The notes beneath the pieces are model-generated. The model made no database searches. It was not told the origin of the DNA and worked only from the letters and a program-made list of their open reading frames with translations. 64,000 nt of DNA, taken from positions 1,922,001 to 1,986,000 of the forward strand of contig OZ316896.1 of NCBI GenBank assembly GCA_973895155.1, written 5' to 3'. Source of the DNA: Marsupella aquatica. Its lineage: Eukaryota; Plantae; Marchantiophyta. The position numbers and the translations under genes are program-made. This document shows positions 13,858 to 22,936 of the stretch, piece by piece; positions within the stretch are counted from its first letter, which is position 1, and each line of letters opens with the position of its first letter.

Positions 13858-14403
13858 GTTGGTAGATCGGGTCTGTATTATCATCGTATGCAGATCTGTT
13901 GGGCTAATCTGCTGTTTTTGCAAGGGAAACAGCCGCGGATGTTGGTAGATCGGGCATGCATTGTCATCATATGCAGATCTGTTGGGCCGATCTGTTGTTT
14001 TCGCAAGGGAAACAGCCGCGGATGTTGGTAGATCGAGCCTGCATTGTCATCGTATGCAGATCTGTTGGGCCAATCTGCTGTTTTCGCAAGGGAAACAGCC
14101 GCGGATGTTGGTAGATCGAGCCTGCGTTGTCATCGTATGCAGATCTATTGGGCCAATCTGTTGTTTTCGCAAGGGAAACAGCCGCGGATGTTGGTAGATC
14201 AAGCCTACATTGTCATCGTATGCAGATCTGTTGGGCCAATCTGCTGTTTTCGCAAGGGAAACAGCCGCGGATGTTGGTAGATCGAGCCTGCATTGTCATC
14301 GTATGCAGATCTGTTGGGCCAATCTGCTGTTTTCGCAAGGGAAACAGCCGCGGATGTTGGTAGATTGGGCCTGCATTGTCATCGTATGCAGATCTGTTGG
14401 GCC
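13858..14403 (+). repeat. 83-bp tandem array (~6.6 copies) in the retrotransposon 5' leader
   Basis: Units start at 13858, 13941, 14024, 14107, 14190, 14273 and 14356 (gttggtagatcgagcctgcattgtcatcgtatgcagatctgttgggccaatctgctgttttcgcaagggaaacagccgcggat). No unique spacers. Confidence 0.95.
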
Positions 14404-15075
14404 GAGGCTTCAAGGCAACTCGCGGTTACTCGGGACGAGGGGCGTGAGGGCGGAGCAGGAGTGGACGGGCCAGCAAGCCAGCTTGCTGAAATGTGAGGAG
14501 AATTGCAAGTGCTACCATTTTGGAGTGGCAGATTTGGTGCATAATTACAAGTGAGAGGCCACCCATCCCAAAACTATTTCTCCCCTCATGCGCTTAACTA
14601 GCAAGTTCCTATGTGGTGCATCGTACATGCTTCCTTCCACACTTGGTATCCAAGGAATGAGGCCCTAGGGATTTTATGCACTTTTGAATTCATCTAGATA
14701 CTCTGTTTTAGCTAGTTTGCGATGGATTCTTGAACATTTGACGCGGGATTCTTGAGGCCTATTATGAAGGCCCTACATTGAACTATATGCACATTATTTA
14801 CATGTATTTTTGATTGATTGGTGTGGAGAGTTGTGGTAAATCCTCTTCTTGTTGTTGGATCCTCTCCCCACATGCTTCCTGTTTATGCGCCATGTTAGTT
14901 TGGCGTGGGCGCTTGATTCTATAGGAGTGATCCGGGTTTGCAACCGGGCATTCTAGTTGTGCTATGTATTTCTCTCCTGGTGATGTTGGAGTGATGCCCA
15001 ACACACCATGGTGAGTGCTTGTGGTGCTGACAGGGATAGATTGCCCTTAGGGTTAGCACATAGATTAGGTTAGGG

Positions 15076-16671
15076 TTGGTCACCACGGATTCTTCTGGTG
15101 CTATTGGATTACCCGATGGACGACGGACCGGTTTCACTCGGAGTGGGGCACAGTTTCGGCCAGCGGCATTGGTAGCAGTCAGCAGTGCAGCTTCAGACAG
15201 TGATTCTGATGAGGACTCAGTGACCAGTTCTCCTCATCATCAGGTGGTTGCACCTTTGTTGTGGGATATGGATGAGATGTACGGGGCTACAAAGGGCCCA
15301 CGATGATACTCTGGTGCAGTTGGCACAATTGATCTGGATGACTTCATCCAGGAGTTTGATACGTGGTGCGATATGCAGACATTGCGTAACGCCACGTTGT
15401 TTACCCCTTTCATGGCATGAAAGGGATTATTTCAGCATTTGGAGGGGCCACCCATGGATGACTACCATGAGTTTTGGAAGGCTCATTTGGTTGAGATTGA
15501 GGCATGGAGGCAGCATTGGTCACCTAATTACGTGTCCATCACCTATGGCACTAGTGCGGCTGCCCAACCCATTGCCACAGCTGCTGCCTCTTCTAGCAGC
15601 ACTAGCCAGAGTGGCACACCATCCACCAACAGCACTCCAGCAGCATCCACTGCTACTCCTGCCGGTGTGATTGTGATAGGAACTGGAGTTGCGCCAGCAT
15701 TTAATCCTGTGGTGGAATTCTTTGAGGTACTGAAGCAGAACTATCAGGGTGTGAGAACTGATAAGTTGAAGGGTCTCCAGGAGTTCCAGCGCAAGACTGG
15801 AGAGAGTCTACGTGAGGCATACACTCGTATGCGCAGATTGATCACTGTCACCAAGGGAGTGACAGAGGCTCAAGCAGTCCAGTTTTGGTATGCAATTTTG
15901 GATAGAGAATTGCAACGCAGAGTAAGAGATGTCACTCTACTTAGGGATGCAGATCCCACATTAGCAGTTGTTTTCACCCTTTCTGAGCGTATTGAGCTCA
16001 ATATGGTGAATGAGAAGGTGGTGACTTCCGGATTTGCCAAGGAAGCACCAAAGGCTGCATCTACATCTACACCATAGCCTACTGCACGGAAGAGCCAGAG
16101 GGAGAAGCCTACTGCACGAGAGTCTACCAGCCAGAGACCTGTGCCCTCTTATGCTGGACAGCAGTCAGGATGTTGGACCTGTGGTGGGGATCATGCACAG
16201 AGATATTGCCCAGATCATAGAGGATCAGGGGGAGCATCAGCACCTGATCAGCGACAGTGTGATCATTGTGGAGCTCCTGGACACACCAAGGATAGGTGTT
16301 TCTCACTCCACCCTGAGTTACGAAGGGGAGGATCCCGTACACATGATCAGGGAAGAGGAGGAGGAGGTAGAGGTGGTGGACGTGGTCGTGGCATGCCACA
16401 TGTAGGGAGACAAGGAGGTGACGCTGCCCCTGCTGTAACCATAGATCCAAAGGATGCTAAGATTGCTCAATTGGAGCAACAACTAGCTGCCATGGCTAGT
16501 TCCCAGGTGAGACCTACTTCTGGTGATGGACCTTCCACATCCCATGGTCCTTCCACATCTTATGGAGCTGATGGAGATCTTGCCACCATGGGATTCATGT
16601 GTGGCACTGCACATATTGATGCATCAGCAGCTTTGACACGTGGGGCAGCCAAAGCTCTTGAGGAGCAGTAG
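15076..16671 (+). pseudogene. gag: Retrotransposon gag with two zinc knuckles, interrupted by stops
   Basis: One frame across ORFs 15076, 15439 and 16141: DLDDFIQEFDTWC..., FQRKTGESLREAYTRMRRL (capsid MHR-like), CWTCGGDHAQRYC and CDHCGAPGHTKDRC, then an RGG-rich tail. Stops at 15304, 15418 and 16075. Confidence 0.88.
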
Positions 16672-16733
16672 TGGAGCTAGATCCATAGAGGGGGGATGCA
16701 CGTCGGCAGACAAAGCTTCCTCAGTCTTTTACA

Positions 16734-17480
16734 TTGTCAGAGACAGTTCAGACTGCCTCTATGAACCCGGTTCGGACAAACCCTGATGTGGGTAAGTTGG
16801 CAAAATCAGGTAGTGATGCAGGAGGGATGACAGGTACCTTGCTGGGGGCGGCTACTGCCATGGTACGCGCCCCATTATTTTCAGCGACAGACATGCTGAA
16901 CTTGGAAGTTGGTCCTACAGAAGTGTTCAGATTGGCAGCTACACTCTGTGAGGACACTCCAGTTGTTGCTTCCCATGCAGAAGCAGCTTGCAGTGTTGAA
17001 GCAGTGAAGACCGTACCATCTACTGCTACTAGTGAGACATGGCATGCAGCAGCAGCGAGGTTGGTGGATTTACCAACACGCCCTGCATTTGAGAGGACTA
17101 GGTTTAAACCTAGTGTTGTGTCATTGGATAATCGGAGTGGTATCTTCCGATTAGTTGGGCTTTCTGGAGCAGTATACCAGCCAGAGAGAGTGTTACTGGA
17201 TACTGGTGCTCAGCCCTTGATGTCGGGGAAGTCTGCCATACGTGGATTGGGATTGCGTCCAGAGGATTTGGAGGATTGTCCCTTTCCCATTCAGACTTCA
17301 TTGGGGGGACCTACACCTACACAGCATATCACTAGGAGACCACTTGATTTGAGGATTCAGGAAGGTCATACCACAGATAGCTCACAGATACAGGCGTGAG
17401 CTATTCTAACTAAGGCAGAGTCATATGATGTGTTGGTGGGATGTACAGTGCTCTACCCCATGGGATTTATTCTTGATTTT
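16734..17480 (+). pseudogene. Retroviral-type aspartic protease region
   Basis: VLLDTGAQPLM active-site motif (~17190-17222) and a downstream YDVLVG motif. Stop at 17397 and a frameshift near 17480. Confidence 0.85.
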
Positions 17481-17899
17481 GGGAGGAATCAGTGTCATAT
17501 AGACCTGATTGGCAGTCAAGAGATGCTCGATTGAGCAAATTGCCAGTGAGATTTAGTGGACCTGTGGGAGGCCCTAAATCCACACCATTGTCTTTGGCAG
17601 CATTCAGTGATGTAATTGCTGGACCTGATGATTTGATTGAGGGTAATGCGCATGCAGCCGATGTTCCACCATTGGAGGAGTCTCATGAGGAGCACATCAT
17701 GCGAGGATTACCTGTTGGCAGTGTTGTGCCACCAGTGTGGGGCACTGCACAAGCCTTGCCACAGGCAGTAGCACGATTGGTACATGATGCATGGCGTCAT
17801 GCTTTTACACCACAGTCAGGAGCAGAGCAGTCTCTTGCAGATGGACCTGTGACTCTTTCACCATTGGATACCACTCCTATTGCTTGGCAATATCCACCG

Positions 17900-18860
17900 G
17901 AGGGTATTTGTTTGTTGAATCTTTTTGATGGGATTAGCACTAGATTGGCTGCTGTTCTTCAGGCAGGAATTCCTGTGCATCGTTATTTGTATGTGGAGAC
18001 AGATGAGACAGCACGGAGGGTCTCATTGCGACATGTGGCTATGTTGGTGGATAGATATCCACAGTTGCTGCCAGTGGATGTTGTTCGTGGTTATCAGTAT
18101 GCACTACCTGCTGATATTTCATTGTTGGGGGCGGATCATCTACATCATGTTGGTCCCATTGATTTGGTGATTGTTGGTTGGCCATGTTAGGGCCAATCTA
18201 GAGCTAACATTGGGCATGGACTTCATGATCCACGCTCTGCATTGTTTTGGGAGATGTTACGGGTGCTGCATCATCTCCAGCTACATCAGACACAGTCTCC
18301 AGCATACATTTTGGAGAATGTGCCATTGTTAGGTGATGATCATAGTCGGATTGTTGCCAGTGTTCACCAGGTGAGGTCTTGGATTGGACCTGCTGTGTTA
18401 TTGGATGTTGCACGTGTGGGTTCTCGTGCACATCGTCCACACTTGTAGTGGACTAATTTGATCCCATGTGAGGTGTTGAAGCGCGCATTTGATAGCATTC
18501 CACGCTCACCAGCCTTAGTGGTGGATGATATTTTGGATCCAGGGCGTCGGGCACAGGGTGTGACCCAACCTGATAGACCTCCATTGGCAATGGTCAATGC
18601 AGTTGGGCGCCCACGTTGTGCATTACCCACTCTTGTAAGCCACTCTGCTTCATATGCATTCAGAGCAGGTGACCCTGGACTTGTGTGGGACACAACTCTC
18701 CAGTAGTTAGTGGAGCCTACTGGTGATGAGAGAGAGCGTGCTATGGGATTTTTGATTGGCACCACTACAGTTGCCTATGTGTCAGAGGGTTTGCGGCGCC
18801 AGGTTCTTGGTCAAGCAATGGACCTGAATTGTTTGACTTGGATTATCAGCTTGGGAGTAG
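17900..18860 (+). pseudogene. C5-cytosine DNA methyltransferase domain (DNMT3-like) embedded in pol
   Basis: One frame, the same as RT. Motif I LNLFDGIST, motif II YLYVETD, motif IV IDLVIVGWPC*G (PCQ with TAG at 18188), DPRSALFWEMLRVL, motif VI YILENV, motif VIII SRAHRPHL*WTNL, motifs IX/X ERERAMGF...LRRQVLGQAMD. Confidence 0.9.
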
Positions 18861-19048
18861 CTGAACAGTTGCGGATGCGCTCTGCTGGAATTACTGATTG
18901 TCCCTTGGTGAGCTTGCGGTCCACTAAGACAGTATTCACCACAGCTGGGGGCGAGCAGATAGTCCATGAACCTATGGCAGGATTGGCCAAGGCTGGACAG
19001 ACTGTTGAGCAGGAAGGGACTGCTCAATCTACTGCTAAATAGCAATCA

Positions 19049-20520
19049 TTGGCTATCTCTTCTACCCTACAAAGAGATATTAGGGATTTGGTGGAGAGTT
19101 GGGAACCACAGTTTGGCCCTAAGTTAACAGGGGAGGAGAGACGTCGCATGCATCGATTCCTGAAGAGTTATTGGAATTGTTTTGCATTCAGCATTAAGGA
19201 TTTGGGGACACTGAAGGGCCTTGGTATTCAGATTGAATTGGCTAGTGATGCGCCAATCTTTCGTAGACCATACCGTTATAGTGACATGGAGAGAGCTCTG
19301 ATTCAAAGCAAAACTCAAGATTTGTTGGAGGCTGGATTGATGGAGATTTCATATGGGGAGTATGCATCTGCCACAGTGATGCCAGCCAAGAAGGATGTGC
19401 ATGGCAATTACACAGATAGGCGCATGTGTGGTGATTACAGACCCATTAATCGCCAGACAAAATCTGATAGATATGCCATGCCCACACCTGAGGAGATCTT
19501 TGATGTTGTGGGGCATGCAAAAGTTTTCAGTTCATTGGATCTGAGGGCAGGGTACCATCAGCTTCCAATTAGACATGCTGATAGGTCCAAGACAGCATTC
19601 TGGGGGATTGATTCTTATGGCAAAGATCATTTGTATCAGTGGTTATTCTTACCATTTGGGTTGAAGAATGCACCAGCTGAGTTCCAGAGAGTCATGGATC
19701 GAATCCTTGCAGGTTTGGATTTTGTCAGATGTTATATTGATGATATTTTGGTCTATTCTTCTACTATGGAAGAACATCAGCAGCACTTGCAGACTATGTT
19801 GGAGAGATTGAGAGCACATGGGTTGAAGCTTCATCCTAGCAAGTGTAAGTTCTTCCAAGACCAGATTGAGTATTTGGGCCACACTATATACCCAGGGGGA
19901 TTGGGTGTACAGCAGACTAAAGTGGAGGCCATTACACAGATTCCTTGTCCTACTGATGTGAGTAGAGTTTGTGCATTCTTGGGATTGGCGAGCTACTATA
20001 GGAGGTATGTTAAAGGATTTAGCCAGCTTGCTAAACCTTTGACCATACTCACTAAGTTGGATCAGGAATGGATTTGGGGTGATGACTAGGAGCATGCCTT
20101 TCAGGAGTTGAAGCAAAGGTTCGCATCATCCCCTATTTTGAGAAGACCCATTTCAGGCAGACCATTTCAGCTACACACTGTGGAGTAGGACTTGGAGCAG
20201 TACTGACTCAGAAGGATGATGAGGGGAATGAGTTTGTTGTGGCTTATGCCAGTAGATCAAACAATTCAGCAGAGGCTAAGTATAGCTCTTATGAGGGAGA
20301 GTGTTTGGCAGCAGTGTGGGCTGTTGCACACTTTTGTTGCTACTTGTTTGGTAACCCCTTCACCTTGATCACTGATCATCAGCCTCTTAAGTGGTTAATG
20401 GAGTCTGACAAGCTTACAGGGAAGCTTGCACGATGGGCATTGTTGTTACAGGAGTATGATTTCCAAGTGGTGCATAGGCCTGGAAAAGTGAACTTGGATG
20501 CAGATGGATTAAGCCGCAAT
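19049..20520 (+). pseudogene. pol: Gypsy reverse transcriptase and RNase H
   Basis: RRMCGDYRPINRQT, LDLRAGYHQL, LPFGLKNAPAEFQR, CYIDDILVYS, FLGLASYYRRYV; RNase H AYASRS...ECLAAVWAV...TDHQPLKWL...DADGLSR. Stop at 20087 and a frameshift near 20180. Confidence 0.95.
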
Positions 20521-20847
20521 CCATGTACCAGTCAGCAAGATGAGACTGAAGCCAGATGGCATGATGAGTCAGATAAGGAGATGGTGCCAAGATGGCATGC
20601 ATCTGCCTTTCTTTGTTGGGTGCCAGCATACAGTGGATCTGTGGACTCTACCTCATTGGATGGAGTGGGTGATGAATCTTCAGATGTGGATGTTAGTGAG
20701 GTAACTACTGGACAACAATATATTCACAATGATGTGAGAGTGTTGGAATATGTGCGCAGTGGTTCTATTGTTGGCAGTATTGATGCCAAGGAACGTGACA
20801 GGGTTCTATAGAGAGCCAAGAGGTTTTGATGGGAGGGAAACCATCTT

Positions 20848-22161
20848 TTGAGAGAACTGCATGATGGTAGAGTGTTGGTGGTCCCAAAACCATCACAGAG
20901 AGTACATTTGGTGCGACATGCGCACGAGGAGTTGGGTCACTTTGGTGTAAAGCGCACTTACAGCTTGCTGCAGACACAGTATTGGTGGCATGGAATGCAC
21001 ACTCATGTCCAGCAATTGATAGCTAAGTGTGTAGTATGTGATAGAGTGAGAGCATCATTTAATGCTCCCACTCCCCAGTTGCACCCGTTGCCGATCATGG
21101 GTTTGGGATATCGTTGGAGTTTGGATTTTGCTGGTCCATTACCTCTTACCCAACGTCATAATCGGTATGTTTTGGTCATGGTGGAGCACTTCTCCAAGTG
21201 GATTGAGCTAGTGGCATTGCCAGATAAAGCCAGTGGAGGAGTTGTTGCTACATTTTTGGATCATGTACTCAGTCATTTTGGAGCACCAGCTGAGGTGTTG
21301 ACTGATCAGGGAACTGAGTTCCGTGGAGAGTTTGAGAGTTTGTGTGAACAAGCTTTGATTGATCATCGTACTACCTCTTGTGATCATCCTAAGGCAGATG
21401 GATTAGCTGAGAGAGTTGTGCAAACTGTGAAGAGAGGATTGCGTAAGTATGGCTTGCAGGTTGGTCATCTGGGAGATTGGGATCTCCAGCTACCTTGGTT
21501 AGCTATGGGCTACCGTTTCAGTCGGCAAGCATCACTTGCATCCTTCTCACCTTACTTTTTGCTCTATGGTAGAGAGCCAGATTTGCCAGTAGCTATTCGT
21601 CGTGATGCTGCATCAGTTGTGAACTTGGATGATCCTAATGTTTGGGTCAAGGTGTGTTCAGAGAGAGCACGGGTATTTCAGCGAGTGATGCCCATGGCTT
21701 TCGACAACCTTGCCATTGCCCAACATCGTGATATTTTGAGGTATGCCACTATTCGTGGAGGAGGTTACCGTGCAAGCATTCAGCGATTTCATCCTGGTGA
21801 TTATATTTATTTGCAGCAGACAGCACCCACGACACTTGATGTGACCGCAGGCCGGACAATCTTACGTGTGCGTGAAGTATTGCCTTCTGGTGTCCTGATG
21901 TTGGAAGGGCGCGATGGTATGGTTTGGAAGGATCATGTGCGCAACTGTGCACCATGTCACCTTCCCAACATTGATGGTACAGTAGACCCAAGCTTGGCAC
22001 ATGTTCGTGCTGGCTTGAAATGTATGTTGTGTGGATCTGCTCAGGGAGCAGCTACTATGTTGATTTGTGATAAGTGTTCTAGAGGATGGCACATGTCATG
22101 TTTGACACCACCATTGCAGGTGATTCCTAGTGGATCATGGTTGTGTCCTCAGTGTCGGTGA
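20848..22161 (+). CDS. Gypsy integrase (HHCC zinc finger + rve core) with a C-terminal PHD finger; open segment of the decayed pol
   Basis: HEELGHFG...CVVC zinc finger; WSLDFAGP, VLTDQGTEF, DGLAERVVQT core. C-terminal CMLC...ICDKCSRGWHMSCLTPPL...GSWLCPQC is a C4HC3 PHD finger (~22021-22158). Confidence 0.93.
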   Translation: MRELHDGRVLVVPKPSQRVHLVRHAHEELGHFGVKRTYSLLQTQYWWHGMHTHVQQLIAKCVVCDRVRASFNAPTPQLHPLPIMGLGYRWSLDFAGPLPLTQRHNRYVLVMVEHFSKWIELVALPDKASGGVVATFLDHVLSHFGAPAEVLTDQGTEFRGEFESLCEQALIDHRTTSCDHPKADGLAERVVQTVKRGLRKYGLQVGHLGDWDLQLPWLAMGYRFSRQASLASFSPYFLLYGREPDLPVAIRRDAASVVNLDDPNVWVKVCSERARVFQRVMPMAFDNLAIAQHRDILRYATIRGGGYRASIQRFHPGDYIYLQQTAPTTLDVTAGRTILRVREVLPSGVLMLEGRDGMVWKDHVRNCAPCHLPNIDGTVDPSLAHVRAGLKCMLCGSAQGAATMLICDKCSRGWHMSCLTPPLQVIPSGSWLCPQCR

Positions 22162-22325
22162 AGCCGCCTAGTTATCATTTGTGTTCTCTTGGCATATATG
22201 GATTGCAGGTAGGTGATCGATGGGGCTCACTTGCACCCGGCCTCCTGATCGTCACACCTAAAAAGGTGTATATCAACCTTGTAGAACTCATGGCTAGCTA
22301 GAGTTAGGGGACCTTACTCCCAGCT

Positions 22326-22335
22326 AGGGGGGCGA
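22326..22335 (+). promoter_or_regulatory. Polypurine tract
   Basis: aggggggcga immediately precedes repeat B1 (ttgtggg...). Confidence 0.7.
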
Positions 22336-22936
22336 TTGTGGGTTTTGGACATGTGTGGACATGAGTTCCACTTGTATTTCATTCTCTTGTGTTTGTGATG
22401 TGGCAGTGTGACTATGTCTAGATGTATGTGACAAGCGATGTATGTTGTGTAGCGATGTGTATGCGCACGACAGCTGTCACACCATTCTAGGTAGTGTTAG
22501 AGTGTCTCATACTATCTAGATCTGTATGTTTGGTATGTGTGCTATATGAGCCGGTAAGGTTCTGTCAGGTTTGTGTGAGAGGGTACTTCTCCCTTGTGAG
22601 GCATTGAAAGGTCATCTTTCAATGTTGAGCCTTGGAGAGGGGAGCTTGTGTGGTGGCTATGGTGGCTGAGAGCTCTCTCTATGTAGCGTGGATTCCTTGA
22701 GTGCAAGGTGCGTTGGCTCGGCATATGTGTGTGATCGGATCGGACAGGATTGAGTGCGTATTGTTGGCATCGATCGTTGTTTCGATTGTATTGAGATTAT
22801 TGTGGGTTTTGGACATGTGTGGACATGAGTTCCACTTGTATTCCATTCTCTTGTGTTTGTGATGTGACAGTGTGACTATGTCTAGATGTATGTGACAAGC
22901 GATGAATGTTGTTTAGCGATGTGTATGCGCACGACA
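22336..22936 (+). repeat. Right terminus B1 (22336-22472) - gc - A2 (22475-22799) - B2 (22800-22936)
   Basis: B1 and B2 are 137 bp with 4 mismatches, and A2 matches A1. The B1/A2 junction is the perfect palindrome GACAGCTGTC (22469-22478). Confidence 0.95.

Larger units (their letters stand above)
13366..22936 (+). mobile_element. Ty3/Gypsy retrotransposon (decayed) with gag-PR-DNMT-RT-RH-IN-PHD and permuted/split terminal repeats
   Basis: Ends are TGTC...GACA with a 4-bp flanking duplication GGCA (13362-13365 / 22937-22940). Domain order PR-RT-RH-IN is Gypsy-type. Terminal repeats: A (13366-13690, 22475-22799) and B (22336-22472, 22800-22936). Confidence 0.93.

Noticed and set aside
13858-14403. 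83-bp array as a CRISPR array or hammerhead ribozyme array
   Set aside because: Units are contiguous with no unique spacers, there are no cas genes, and the context is eukaryotic. No CUGANGA hammerhead core on either strand.
12277-14554. Stacks of short ORFs at 12.3-12.9 kb and 13.6-14.5 kb
   Set aside because: Artefacts of tandem repeats.
17900-18860. Bacterial restriction-modification methylase (contamination) or a host DNMT gene
   Set aside because: It is in frame with RT inside the element, shows the same decay pattern, and is flanked by spliced plant genes.
13366-22936. Classification as a DIRS/Ngaro/PAT element because of the split repeats
   Set aside because: No tyrosine recombinase was recognised. 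It has an aspartic protease, HHCC+rve integrase, PPT, TG...CA ends and a TSD.
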